Virus record (IMG/VR): IMGVR_UViG_3300012176_000002
Coordinates: 1-53,473 of that record
Origin: a virus
Length of the DNA: 53,473 nucleotides
Direction: 5' to 3' (one strand)
In this document: positions 1 to 9,519 of the stretch, one piece after another
Layout: each line of letters opens with the position of its first letter
Numbering within the stretch: the first letter of the stretch is position 1
Program-made: the position numbers and the translations under genes
The notes under the pieces: generated by a model
The model's database searches: none
Seen by the model: the letters and a program-made list of their open reading frames with translations, nothing else
Told to the model about the DNA's origin: nothing

Positions 1-64
1 ACCACCGTCAACCCCGGCTTTGTTGTCACGTATCGTTCCGCCTGAGATGGTGTTCATGTAAAGC

Positions 65-95
65 AAAAAACGCAACCAGGAAATTCCTAATTGCA
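65..95 (-). terminator. Rho-independent terminator (probably the host tRNA terminator)
   Basis: Minus strand GCAATTAGGA-ATT-TCCTGGTTGC stem (two G-U pairs) followed by GTTTTTT, just downstream of the tRNA 3' fragment. Confidence 0.75.
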
Positions 96-103
96 TTGAG
101 CAG

Positions 104-123
104 TAGTCCATAGGGGAATCGAA
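104..123 (-). other. Prophage attachment site: 3' fragment of a tRNA (probably tRNA-Glu)
   Basis: Minus strand TTCGATTCCCCTATGGACTA is a T-loop, T-stem 3' strand and acceptor 3' strand with no 5' half of the tRNA; it lies 15 bp from the integrase stop. Confidence 0.8.
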
Positions 124-138
124 ACAAATATTTGTTCG

Positions 139-1407
139 TCAAACGCCGTATTTATGAGCTTTCCCTGATTTGTAATCATTCAATCCCACTACAATCCCAC
201 TATTTTGGGTGTTCTGGTACAGTGATTCCAGACTCCCGACTGCTTCCATTTCTTGCTCAAATATGATATGAACATATCTGTCTAGCGTAATTTGTATTTT
301 AGAATGCCCTAGCAGTTTACTTACTGTCTTAATATCCTTCCCTTGCCGGATTAGCTGTGATGCAAAAGTATGGCGCAAGGAATGGATACCGTGATGATTG
401 ACGCCAACTTCCTTGCAGATTTTTATAAAACGTTTCTGCACCGTACTCATACTAATATGATCACCACTCTGGTTATGAATTACATAATCAGAGTCAATTC
501 CCAATTCGGTGTCTCTACTCATTAGTATATTCAGACATTCAACCGCCAATGAGTTCAGAGGGATTTTTCTTACTCCGCTTTTTGTTTTAGTGGTAGAAAC
601 AACTTCAACCTTCTTCACATCCGTATCGAAACGACCCCTGTTCTTGACATATGTCATTCCTTTATTGATGGTTGCGGTTCTGTTTTTAAAGTCAATATCT
701 TTCCACTCCAATGCACAAACCTCGCCAAGTCTGAGTCCCGTCAAGAGCAAAAATAAATAAATAGGAGCATATCTCAATAGCCTTTTATCCTTTAAATATT
801 CGATGTCGCTTAGTACAAATTCAGCAATCACACTAACATCATCATCAGAGTAAATTTCAATCTCCTTTGTTTTTACTTTGAAATTTTTCTCCAATGGCAT
901 GGACACTAATTGCATACAATTGAATAGCAGATCTCCTTTAATGGTGGCATGTCTGAAGCAGGGATTCAATATCTCATAAATTTTCTTCACCTCAGACATC
1001 GAATAGCTTTCGGATTTTTCATCAATCATCCGCTGTATATCATCCGATTCAACCTTAGAGATTTTCATTTTTCCAACCGTAGAGCCCTTAATGTGGCGGT
1101 GAAAAGTATCCTCTGTGCGGTCATACGTTGAATCAGATACTTTCTTGAATTTGTATAGTGTAAGCCAGTTTTCCACATAATCTTCTACTGTTGTTTTGCT
1201 TGGTGAATAATCCCACTTCCGATTGTTTTTTTGGTATTCCCGGAATTTCCTTCTTGCTTCTGATTTATCCTTTCCTGAAAATGATTTAGAGACACCATCA
1301 ATTGTAACGCGGAATTCCACAGATCCATTCTCTTTTGTCCTGAAGCTTCCACTACCTTTTTCTCGTCTATCACATATATCTTTTGTGTCATCCATGTTTT
1401 TACTCAT
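139..1407 (-). CDS. int: Tyrosine integrase (phage integrase)
   Basis: TGLRLGE, HSLRHTF, LGHS and TLDRY catalytic motifs; N-terminal arm-binding and SAM-like regions. RBS AGGAGG places the start at 1407 (ORF track 139..1482). Confidence 0.95.
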   Translation of the reverse strand: MSKNMDDTKDICDRREKGSGSFRTKENGSVEFRVTIDGVSKSFSGKDKSEARRKFREYQKNNRKWDYSPSKTTVEDYVENWLTLYKFKKVSDSTYDRTEDTFHRHIKGSTVGKMKISKVESDDIQRMIDEKSESYSMSEVKKIYEILNPCFRHATIKGDLLFNCMQLVSMPLEKNFKVKTKEIEIYSDDDVSVIAEFVLSDIEYLKDKRLLRYAPIYLFLLLTGLRLGEVCALEWKDIDFKNRTATINKGMTYVKNRGRFDTDVKKVEVVSTTKTKSGVRKIPLNSLAVECLNILMSRDTELGIDSDYVIHNQSGDHISMSTVQKRFIKICKEVGVNHHGIHSLRHTFASQLIRQGKDIKTVSKLLGHSKIQITLDRYVHIIFEQEMEAVGSLESLYQNTQNSGIVVGLNDYKSGKAHKYGV

Positions 1408-1425
1408 AACCCTCCTTTTAATAAA

Positions 1426-1482
1426 CATAGATGCCGTAATGATTATGGCTATCATTATAGCATCTATGCGTCTAATTAACAA
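1426..1482 (-). promoter_or_regulatory. Putative integrase promoter with its -10 inside an 18-bp-arm palindrome
   Basis: TTGTTA (1482-1477), 17 bp, TATAAT (1459-1454) preceded by TGn; imperfect inverted repeat at 1426-1468. Confidence 0.6.
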
Positions 1483-1665
1483 TCAAAAAAATATCTCTTC
1501 CCCGATGTTGTCTGTTATCCATGTGTTGATTTTTTCTTCGGTGGTGATATAATCCTTCCCGATTCTCACGGCTGGAAACTCACCAGATTTTAGTAGTTGC
1601 AAAATTTTGGTTTTTCCAAATGGCAATAAAGAGTACAAATCCTTTTGTGTCAAATACTTACCCAT
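1483..1665 (-). CDS. xis: Excisionase-like HTH protein
   Basis: 60 aa, YLTQKDL...GEFPAVRIGKDY winged-HTH pattern, adjacent to int. Confidence 0.85.
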   Translation of the reverse strand: MGKYLTQKDLYSLLPFGKTKILQLLKSGEFPAVRIGKDYITTEEKINTWITDNIGEEIFF

Positions 1666-2324
1666 CCCTCTTTTTCTACCTCCTCCTTCAAAAATGATAA
1701 AAATTCAGTCCAATATACATCACCCATGTGGTGTATGTACTCTTTGCCTTTAAGTCCAGACTTTTTCATATCTGACTTTGTATCAAATTCAATTTTCTTT
1801 CTTGTCTTATTTACATTCCGATATAATTCAGGGATTGATTCGCGGATAAATCGCGTAGTGATATGACCTAATGTTAGAATTTTATCTTTCGGGATTTTAC
1901 TTGTTATGTCTTTGTATTTCGCTATTTCTTCATGGGGGATTTCGTATTTTTCTTTGGGAAGATTTTTAGTTGAATATGGGCTAATAGACGATCCAGATGT
2001 TTTAGGCTTTAATATTTTTGCAACCGATTCAAAATCGGAAAGTTTGAATTTGAATGTTACCTCTGTGTCACTATCTATTATGTCAAATATTACATCCTTT
2101 AATTGTTTAGTATAGCTTCTACCTCTCAGGATCTTAGGAATGTAAGCTTCTAAAACATTTTGCCCATAGTGGAATATTTTGCATCCGTGATAGCAGTCAA
2201 TATACACATCACAGGTATCATCTACTGATCCGTCTTTACATCGAGGAAAATCATGTGTTACTGTGTCACAATCAAGCTTTAATCGATATTGTCCTTTAAA
2301 ATTTTTAATCAAGTAATTACTCAT
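1650..2324 (-). CDS. Phage hypothetical protein
   Basis: Long ORF between nrdJ and xis; start taken at MSNYL. Confidence 0.7.
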   Translation of the reverse strand: MSNYLIKNFKGQYRLKLDCDTVTHDFPRCKDGSVDDTCDVYIDCYHGCKIFHYGQNVLEAYIPKILRGRSYTKQLKDVIFDIIDSDTEVTFKFKLSDFESVAKILKPKTSGSSISPYSTKNLPKEKYEIPHEEIAKYKDITSKIPKDKILTLGHITTRFIRESIPELYRNVNKTRKKIEFDTKSDMKKSGLKGKEYIHHMGDVYWTEFLSFLKEEVEKEGWVSI

Positions 2325-2334
2325 CAACGCGCCC

Positions 2335-4596
2335 CTAATCACATTTAGAATATCCACATGCTTTACAGGTCACACAACCACCTTCATATACTAAACCTGC
2401 ATCACATTCTGGACATAAGTTTTCTTTAGTTTCTTTATTTGTTTTATCAAGATTTTTGTCAAATGTTTGGTTCGCGTCATCTTCAAATAATTCAGATTGC
2501 ATTTCCTTACACATATCTATTAATGCGTTCCCAATGGCGACAGGACAAGATGATCCTTTGCTGGTATCTTGTTTTGTTGCGGATCTAACTGCATATGAAG
2601 GACACGCCATACAACTCTTTAACTGATCAGCAATTGCGAACGCATCAGCTCCAGATCTTGCAGAAAGAGACATTAATCTAGATACCGCAGTCAGGTTTGA
2701 CTGACACCCACCGATAGATCCTTTGCTTAAGTATGTTTCTAGTAAAGAACCAGTATTTGGGTCAAAAAATGCCACGCAATGTAAACTTCCGCATCCGGTT
2801 ATCAACTTTCTTTTTTTGCCTATAACATTGTCGTCCACTTGGATAATATACCCTCGTGGCAATTCGGCTTTTTCTTTGTCTGGGATTTTAGAATCTTCTT
2901 TTGTTTCCGTGGTAGTAGTAAGAACGCCTGATCGTTTACACCCGTCTCTGAATAAAGTAACACCCTTTAGCCCCTTTTCCCATGCCCACATATACATATC
3001 TTCTACTTGTTCTACCGTAAAATCATTAGGTACGTTAATCGTTGAACTAATAGAGGCATCAATGCAAAATTGCCATACTGCCTGCATATCAATCCTGTCC
3101 ATATATTTTAAAGTTTGTGCTGTTACGAAATAATCAGGTAATTCTTCTTCCTTTGTTAAACCATGCTCTTCCATGTATTCTTTTACAATTTGGGTATAGA
3201 CCTTATAGAATTTATCATGACCATGTAAAGACTCAGTTTTTCGTAAATAATAATTTGCATAGATTGGTTCAATTCCACCAGATACTCCAAGCATTGTTGA
3301 TATGGAGCCAGTGGGCGCTATAGTTAATAGCTGAGAATTTAACAACCCATTCTGTTTAACTTTTTTATCGGTTGTTGAAATGATATTTCCCATATAGAAG
3401 GCTGTAGATTTTACTGAATCGTAGTCAAATCCTTCGAATACTTTGTTTTTAGTACCGGCTAATTCAGATGATTGAGATACGGCATTATTAATTAATACGT
3501 GAGCAATTCGGGAACAGATATCTAATGATTCTTTACTTCCATATTTTAATTTCATTTTTATGAGCATATCTGCTAAACCAAATATTCCTAAGCCGATTTG
3601 CCTCCATTTTTTTACACTATCCCTTTGCTCTGCTAAAGGATGTAATGGTAACCCTTCGTCCAATATATCATTTAATGCGGTAACAGCAACTTTCACAGTG
3701 CCAACAAAATCATTAAAGTCAAAAATCCCATTAGGCATAACAAATTCTGATAAGTTAATACTTCCTAGCAGGCATGAGCCTCCGGCTGGCAATGGTTCTT
3801 CAGCGCATGGATTTGTCCCGGCGTACTGGAACTCCTCATTATCACTAAGCAAATTCCACTCTTCGATAATATCCCAGAATAACATACCCGGTTCACCATA
3901 ATCCCAGTTCATTTTACATATTTTGTGGAATACCTCGTAAGCATCTACTTCTTTAGTGATAACTTGTCCTGTTTCTTCAACTGTAAAATTTAAAACGTAT
4001 TTTTCTTTTTTACTTACGGCTTCCATAAATTTATCTGTAATACGGATTGATATGTTAGCCTTTGTTACCCTGTTTAGGTCGCTTTTGACCTCAATAAATT
4101 CTTCTAAATCTGGATGGTCACATGAGAGAGAGATCATTAAAGCCCCTCTGCGGCCATTCTGTCCAATTAGTTCAGTTGTGTTAGAATATAGATCCATAAA
4201 TGAAACCGCACCGCTAGTCTCTTTAGCAGCATTTCCAACCGTCGCACCACGAGGACGCAGCTTAGAAATATCAATTCCACATCCACCTCCGTAACTATAT
4301 GTACGTGCAAGTTTAGCCGCTGTTTCATATATACTTTCAATTGAATCAGATGGAGGCTCCATTACGTAACAATTAGACATTGTAGTTTTAACACCCATCT
4401 TATCAAGTCCTCTGTTAGAAAGGATTCTTCCTCCGAATAAGAACTTCTTTTCTATAATCAGCCTCTTAACATCTTCGTTTCCCCCTGATACCCGTATGAG
4501 CCATTCGTCAAATGACTCATTATTGTATTGATACTTTTTATACCAAATATTATGTCCGATTATATTATCTTTGCCCAACCATTCCTCTACCGTCAA
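2335..4596 (-). CDS. nrdJ: Adenosylcobalamin-dependent (class II) ribonucleotide reductase with C-terminal TSCPD-like/Zn-ribbon region
   Basis: SNCYV, TNPCAEEPL, CLLGSINL, TIAPTGSIS, SISSTIN and GLKGVTLFRDG motifs; C-terminal CPEC...CKACGYSKC; no beta subunit in the window. Confidence 0.93.
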   Translation of the reverse strand: MTVEEWLGKDNIIGHNIWYKKYQYNNESFDEWLIRVSGGNEDVKRLIIEKKFLFGGRILSNRGLDKMGVKTTMSNCYVMEPPSDSIESIYETAAKLARTYSYGGGCGIDISKLRPRGATVGNAAKETSGAVSFMDLYSNTTELIGQNGRRGALMISLSCDHPDLEEFIEVKSDLNRVTKANISIRITDKFMEAVSKKEKYVLNFTVEETGQVITKEVDAYEVFHKICKMNWDYGEPGMLFWDIIEEWNLLSDNEEFQYAGTNPCAEEPLPAGGSCLLGSINLSEFVMPNGIFDFNDFVGTVKVAVTALNDILDEGLPLHPLAEQRDSVKKWRQIGLGIFGLADMLIKMKLKYGSKESLDICSRIAHVLINNAVSQSSELAGTKNKVFEGFDYDSVKSTAFYMGNIISTTDKKVKQNGLLNSQLLTIAPTGSISTMLGVSGGIEPIYANYYLRKTESLHGHDKFYKVYTQIVKEYMEEHGLTKEEELPDYFVTAQTLKYMDRIDMQAVWQFCIDASISSTINVPNDFTVEQVEDMYMWAWEKGLKGVTLFRDGCKRSGVLTTTTETKEDSKIPDKEKAELPRGYIIQVDDNVIGKKRKLITGCGSLHCVAFFDPNTGSLLETYLSKGSIGGCQSNLTAVSRLMSLSARSGADAFAIADQLKSCMACPSYAVRSATKQDTSKGSSCPVAIGNALIDMCKEMQSELFEDDANQTFDKNLDKTNKETKENLCPECDAGLVYEGGCVTCKACGYSKCD

Positions 4597-4607
4597 TCCC
4601 TTACCTC

Positions 4608-5300
4608 CTAATGAATAATGTATGTCTTGTAATAGCCAGTGATGGAGTACGCTTCACAGTTTGATCCGCTTGTATGTTCACAGGTATTTACGCAAACATC
4701 AATAACTCCACTACCGACTCCTCGATCTTCTACGGAAAATTCTCCTAGTCCCTCTATATAGATCCTTGTCCCGAATGAGATACCTTTCATTGCCACTGTA
4801 TGCCATGGACTGAGACTAGCCCCTGACGCAGTTTTCCCTCCATTGCCACCACCATTGCAACAATCCCCGTACCCATATCCAGTAACATAATAATCCCCAA
4901 TGTATTCTAAGTCTGTATCTTTTCCATCACTGTCTGTTGAATCTTCTGTGTCTTCAACCTCCATAGATTCAGTTTCAATTACAGAGGATGACTCGGCGGT
5001 TCCTTTCCCTACTATCTTTGATTCTATCTTGATTGAAATCGTCGTTTTACCAATGTCAGAAGTTTCGATTTCCGTACTTTCCGCGATCGTTGTTTCGGTT
5101 TCTGCTGCCAACGTTGGTAATACAATGATTTGGGAATCATTGATTACTGGAATAGTAGTTGCCGTTGTTTCTTCTAAATCGTCCGACCATCCCATCGTTA
5201 CAATCGGAAAAATAATTAAAATGATACCAACAATAAGCCCCAAATACCTGAATAATCTTCCTTTAATTTTTGTATGATTTGTCTGCCGTTCTATAAACAC
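4608..5300 (-). CDS. Membrane-anchored 3D-domain (MltA-like) cell-wall protein
   Basis: N-terminal TM helix, Ser/Thr/Glu-rich linker, C-terminal VTGY...TASG...GTRIYIEG...EDRG...IDV. Confidence 0.8.
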   Translation of the reverse strand: MFIERQTNHTKIKGRLFRYLGLIVGIILIIFPIVTMGWSDDLEETTATTIPVINDSQIIVLPTLAAETETTIAESTEIETSDIGKTTISIKIESKIVGKGTAESSSVIETESMEVEDTEDSTDSDGKDTDLEYIGDYYVTGYGYGDCCNGGGNGGKTASGASLSPWHTVAMKGISFGTRIYIEGLGEFSVEDRGVGSGVIDVCVNTCEHTSGSNCEAYSITGYYKTYIIH

Positions 5301-6196
5301 ACCTCTTCTTTCTCAATTATTACATCTTCGTATATTTTATATGGGATATTATTATTTTTACAAAAAGCTATCTCTCCCAAAACCCCTGTGGAATCGTCGT
5401 AATCGTCGAATACCCACATTTCATGTGAAAGTCTCAGTAACGCAAGGCACATGTCCAATCCTTCTTTATATGACACGTCCGCATATAGAAAACCAAATGC
5501 GTGAATTGGGGACAGAAAAATATAATCTGGATACTTTTTAACTAAATATTTAATTATGTCTCTTACTCTATATTTGTTTTCTGGATTGTTTTGATATTTA
5601 TGAGATATATAGATAAGCTTTTTCTGCTTTGGAGTTGATAGAAATTCCTCATATTTTGAAATTACTTCATTCGCAATTTGATATGGGCTTCTACTGCCTT
5701 CATTAATGATAATCATTCTTGATAGTTCTTCCGCACCTATAAAGTCGATATCATCTGCTTTTAATCTTCGTTCCACTTCTTCATTGTTATCCCCTCTTCC
5801 ACTTTCACCGCACAACCGCTTCATAATTACGGTTTTGCTTGCTTTGATAAAGACAGGGAAAATATCATAGTGCTGAGTCTTATTTGCTTGACTGAGAAGT
5901 TGTGTTATTCCATTAGGGGTAAGAATTATAATGCTGTCTCTGCTATAATCCTCCCATGCGCTTCCATAGTGCCACTTTCCATAAACAGTGCTGTATGTAT
6001 TCGTTTCACCAAAAAATCCATTTTCTTTTTTCTTTAAGAACTCTTCATTATCGATAAAATGATAATCAACACCATTTATTTCACCTTCTCTTGGCGGCCT
6101 AGTCGTGTATGTCACGATCCGTCTATAACCTCTTCCCTCAATCGACTTAGCCACACAGGTCTTACCAGAACCCGTTCCACCATATAAGATAATCAT
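5291..6196 (-). CDS. gmk: Guanylate kinase-like domain fused to a DUF4406/NDT-like domain
   Basis: GGTGSGKT P-loop and YTTRPPREGEINGVDYHF signature; C-terminal IYISH...SPIH...STGVLGEI. Confidence 0.85.
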   Translation of the reverse strand: MIILYGGTGSGKTCVAKSIEGRGYRRIVTYTTRPPREGEINGVDYHFIDNEEFLKKKENGFFGETNTYSTVYGKWHYGSAWEDYSRDSIIILTPNGITQLLSQANKTQHYDIFPVFIKASKTVIMKRLCGESGRGDNNEEVERRLKADDIDFIGAEELSRMIIINEGSRSPYQIANEVISKYEEFLSTPKQKKLIYISHKYQNNPENKYRVRDIIKYLVKKYPDYIFLSPIHAFGFLYADVSYKEGLDMCLALLRLSHEMWVFDDYDDSTGVLGEIAFCKNNNIPYKIYEDVIIEKEEVCL

Positions 6197-6850
6197 TTAT
6201 TTCGCTCCCTTATACATAATTAATTCTACCGAATATGGGAGAGACTGCACCCAATCGATAAAACTTACTGACCATTCTGTAAGCTTATGATTTTTTCTTT
6301 GAAAATACATATTTCGTATATTTTCATAATTCATCGTAACGGTGCGCGTCTGCAACCATGACGATGGAAGCCACCTCACCAACTCCTTCCAATAGCGCTT
6401 ATCATTAGTTTCCATGTATTTCTTTCTTAAAGCCTCCAACCATGTGATTACATAATCAGCTTGTCTTACTTCTTGGAGATCTTCACTAAAATCATCTGTT
6501 TCAAAGCACTCTAAAGTAATTGGACTGTCTTTTAATTTGTGCATCGTGGAAGTAGAATTCGCCGTAACTCCAACCTTATATGTATCGAATTCCTTCCACC
6601 AATAGATAGGGGCTGTAATAGTTACTGACACTAATATCTGCCTTAGAAATTTACGATGCTCTGAACCTCCGCGAATAAGCCTTTGAGCTAAAGCCAAATC
6701 GTTATCCCCAATATCGTAACCATATGGCTTTTGGCAACTATCACTTTTGTGATGACTATTCATTGGAAGTCTCATTCCATAAAATGCTTCTTCAAAATTA
6801 TATACTTTCGTCCTTTCAAATTTCACGAGTATGAATCCCTCCATCCACAA
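6197..6850 (-). CDS. Divergent ThyX-like (flavin-dependent thymidylate synthase fold) protein
   Basis: H-x-KFLR, ITAPIYWWKEFDTY, LP...RTVTMNYENIRNMYFQRKNH..EW pattern; located in the nucleotide metabolism cluster. Confidence 0.65.
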   Translation of the reverse strand: MWMEGFILVKFERTKVYNFEEAFYGMRLPMNSHHKSDSCQKPYGYDIGDNDLALAQRLIRGGSEHRKFLRQILVSVTITAPIYWWKEFDTYKVGVTANSTSTMHKLKDSPITLECFETDDFSEDLQEVRQADYVITWLEALRKKYMETNDKRYWKELVRWLPSSWLQTRTVTMNYENIRNMYFQRKNHKLTEWSVSFIDWVQSLPYSVELIMYKGAK

Positions 6851-7131
6851 TTACGACATGATCTAATATATATATCCTCAAACACTCTTTGATCCCCGTA
6901 TTCCCCCCTATATTCTGAAATGGTATCAATTGTTAACCCCATAAAACATAATGGGCATAATTCATATTCTTTGCATATTCTCAATACTCTATTTCGCACT
7001 AATGACTCTTGTGTGCTTTTAAACAAATCACTTAATATAGGAAGTAATTCATCAATATTCCTATATCTCTTTTCGATTGCTTCCACTATTTCACTTGCAT
7101 AGTATATATTTATCACTCCTATCATGATCAA
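6823..7131 (-). CDS. Hypothetical protein with C-terminal Zn ribbon
   Basis: CPLC...CRNCG. Confidence 0.65.
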   Translation of the reverse strand: MIMIGVINIYYASEIVEAIEKRYRNIDELLPILSDLFKSTQESLVRNRVLRICKEYELCPLCFMGLTIDTISEYRGEYGDQRVFEDIYIRSCRNCGWRDSYS

Positions 7132-7384
7132 TACAGCAGTCTTTTAGGATAAAAGATTCCGTATGATTCCCTACATCAATAACCAACCCACCATCTTCTT
7201 GTTTCAATTCAAACTTTTTGATCCTATATGATCTCTCTTTACAATATTTTCTCACGCATCGTTCAGCTTCACCAATTGTATCCGGCTCCGAGATCTTTTT
7301 TAAGTTTCCAAGATAATTTTTGAAGTAAAGTTCCATAAGTATCCCCCTTAATTTCAATCTACTGCTTTTGAGTATTCTTAACAC
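7091..7384 (-). CDS. Hypothetical protein
   Basis: ORF in co-oriented run; true start probably MELYFK. Confidence 0.6.
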   Translation of the reverse strand: MLRILKSSRLKLRGILMELYFKNYLGNLKKISEPDTIGEAERCVRKYCKERSYRIKKFELKQEDGGLVIDVGNHTESFILKDCCIDHDRSDKYILCK

Positions 7385-7653
7385 TATAAACCGTTGTATT
7401 TACGACGAGTCTCAACTAATTCATCATACTCATGTCTTGATAACATCATCCAATCGTCATCATTAAATACACAAAGAGTAAAATTTTCTCCTTTATCCCC
7501 TTCAAATGCACATATACAATTCCCTGACCTCTTATAACCTCCACTACTAATAAGGGCTTCACAAACGGATTGAATGGCATCTTCTATGGTAATTTCTTCT
7601 TCATTCCCTCTCCTTCTATTATTCCTTCGTTGCTGGTTATAGTCCTTCTCCAC
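7384..7653 (-). CDS. Hypothetical protein
   Basis: ORF with RBS and GTG start. Confidence 0.6.
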   Translation of the reverse strand: MEKDYNQQRRNNRRRGNEEEITIEDAIQSVCEALISSGGYKRSGNCICAFEGDKGENFTLCVFNDDDWMMLSRHEYDELVETRRKYNGL

Positions 7654-7691
7654 TTATCATTCCCCATTTCTTTCGATTCTGAAAAATCCTC

Positions 7692-7952
7692 TTATCGTAA
7701 TTCCATCATCAAAGCATTCCTTAATTTTTTATAAGATGAAATATTTCTATATATCGCAACACCTTGATTGACAAGACACGTTCTAGTTTTTTGAAGATGC
7801 ATTAGATACATTTTTGCAAAAGTATTTTCTTTATAATAAAGCTCAAATATACCACCATCTTCACGTATAAATGTATAACCCGATTCATTTATAATTTGAA
7901 TTATTTTGTTCTTATTCCATCTGTTAAATGGACTAATATATTGTCCTTCCAT
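7692..7952 (-). CDS. Hypothetical protein
   Basis: ORF with AAGGA RBS. Confidence 0.6.
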   Translation of the reverse strand: MEGQYISPFNRWNKNKIIQIINESGYTFIREDGGIFELYYKENTFAKMYLMHLQKTRTCLVNQGVAIYRNISSYKKLRNALMMELR

Positions 7953-7982
7953 CTACAATTATCCTTTCGATATCTTAATAAA

Positions 7983-8000
7983 ATAGAATAATGGTTTTAT
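7983..8000. repeat. Junction repeat ATAGAA-TAATGG-TTTTAT
   Basis: Member of the ATRAAA-N6-(W)TYYAT family; overlaps the stop of 7997..8554. Confidence 0.6.
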
Positions 8001-8554
8001 TTAAATAATTTCTTGTACTTATTTGCACCGTGATTTTTACCATAGTTTAAAATTTCTTTGATCATTTTCTTTTCACCACCGCAAACATGCATATAGTTAT
8101 TCATGTATCCAATCATTTTATTTGTCATATATCGTTTGTTATTTTCACTATTACGTCCATATATTTTATTCCATTTCATCCGTGTATCCCATCCATTTAG
8201 ATGATGAGGGATACTATACATAGCTTCAAATTCTTCACAAGCAGACTTTTCTTGCAACTTTGCATCAAGTTCGGAAAAATCACTTTTAAAAAGCAATTCT
8301 TCAACCAAATCTTTTGCTATCTGTAACCGATCTCTTGCCCCTATTCTACATGGAAATGAAACATAATTACTCACAAATTCACCGTTGTTAATAACCCAAA
8401 AATATGTTTCTCCTTCTGTGTTGAAAATTTCGTCCTCGTAATATACTTGTATAGGGCAATCGTATTTTATATACTCATGGGGCTTAAGTATCTCATACAC
8501 TAATTCCATTTGAGGATACCATTGTCTCATTTGTTTCAATGATGTTGCCTTCAA
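7997..8554 (-). CDS. Hypothetical protein
   Basis: 185-aa ORF with GGAGG RBS. Confidence 0.7.
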   Translation of the reverse strand: MKATSLKQMRQWYPQMELVYEILKPHEYIKYDCPIQVYYEDEIFNTEGETYFWVINNGEFVSNYVSFPCRIGARDRLQIAKDLVEELLFKSDFSELDAKLQEKSACEEFEAMYSIPHHLNGWDTRMKWNKIYGRNSENNKRYMTNKMIGYMNNYMHVCGGEKKMIKEILNYGKNHGANKYKKLFK

Positions 8555-8740
8555 TTCTCATACTCCTCCTTAATTTTAATCTTTTTAAAATGAGAGTTTA
8601 TTCGAACTTATGGGCAGTAGATGTCAAGATGTTCCCAATATGCGTCCTCTACTTCATCCTCATCTTGATTTTCTTGTTCCGCTTTAGTAACGGGACTCAT
8701 GGTTTGTTCACAATGACAAGATCTTTCTAATGGCATCAAG

Positions 8741-9289
8741 TTAATCACATCCCTCCTGATATGGTGAAGATACTCGACCGACTTTCATTTGCAATTCATA
8801 TGCCTGCACCTTACCTTGTAAAAATCTAGTTTCTAACTGCAAATTATTGGTATTAGCAATCAATTCTTCTATAGATATTGATTTGTCTCGTTCCGATTGT
8901 AACTGATATTTCAGTTCGGCTATGCGGTCATTGAGGACTTGAGATGGATATGATAAAGATGATTTGATTTCATTAATGGCAATAGACACATCGCTTAATC
9001 GTGCAAGTTCCTTTTTACATACAGTCAATTCATCCACAGCATTTTTAACCTCAATTTTCAATTTTTCCATTTGATCCTTTTGCTGTTTAGCCTTATTTTC
9101 ATAGCTGGTAATGGTACGGTGTAATTGTTCCATATCTGACTTATGCATTCTTGCTTCTGAATCTTTGATGTCTATAGTTTTTTTATAATCTTCCATTCTC
9201 TTTTGTTGATCTTCAACTTGTGTTATTAATTCTGCTTTACTCGGCATTTTACCACTCCAATCTTTCTCCGTAGTTACCTCCAATCCCAT
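8741..9289 (-). CDS. Coiled-coil protein
   Basis: Heptad-like, K/E/Q-rich sequence. Confidence 0.65.
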   Translation of the reverse strand: MGLEVTTEKDWSGKMPSKAELITQVEDQQKRMEDYKKTIDIKDSEARMHKSDMEQLHRTITSYENKAKQQKDQMEKLKIEVKNAVDELTVCKKELARLSDVSIAINEIKSSLSYPSQVLNDRIAELKYQLQSERDKSISIEELIANTNNLQLETRFLQGKVQAYELQMKVGRVSSPYQEGCD

Positions 9290-9300
9290 TTTCTATATGA

Positions 9301-9519
9301 TCAAATATCATCAATTAGTGTAGGATTTTCAACACTATACTCAGAAGGACAATTTATCATGCATTCTTCATAATCTATTTTTGGTGCAAACCTATAACAT
9401 TTTTCCATCGATTCAACCCATTGATAAAAATCACTTTTAAATTTAATCGGAATCATAAACCAATGATAATCATTATCTTGAATAAAACAATATTTCATAT
9501 TTTTTTTATCCCCTCTCAA
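9301..9519 (-). CDS. Hypothetical phage protein
   Basis: QDNDYHWFMIP motif; start probably MKYCF. Confidence 0.6.
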   Translation of the reverse strand: MRGDKKNMKYCFIQDNDYHWFMIPIKFKSDFYQWVESMEKCYRFAPKIDYEECMINCPSEYSVENPTLIDDI

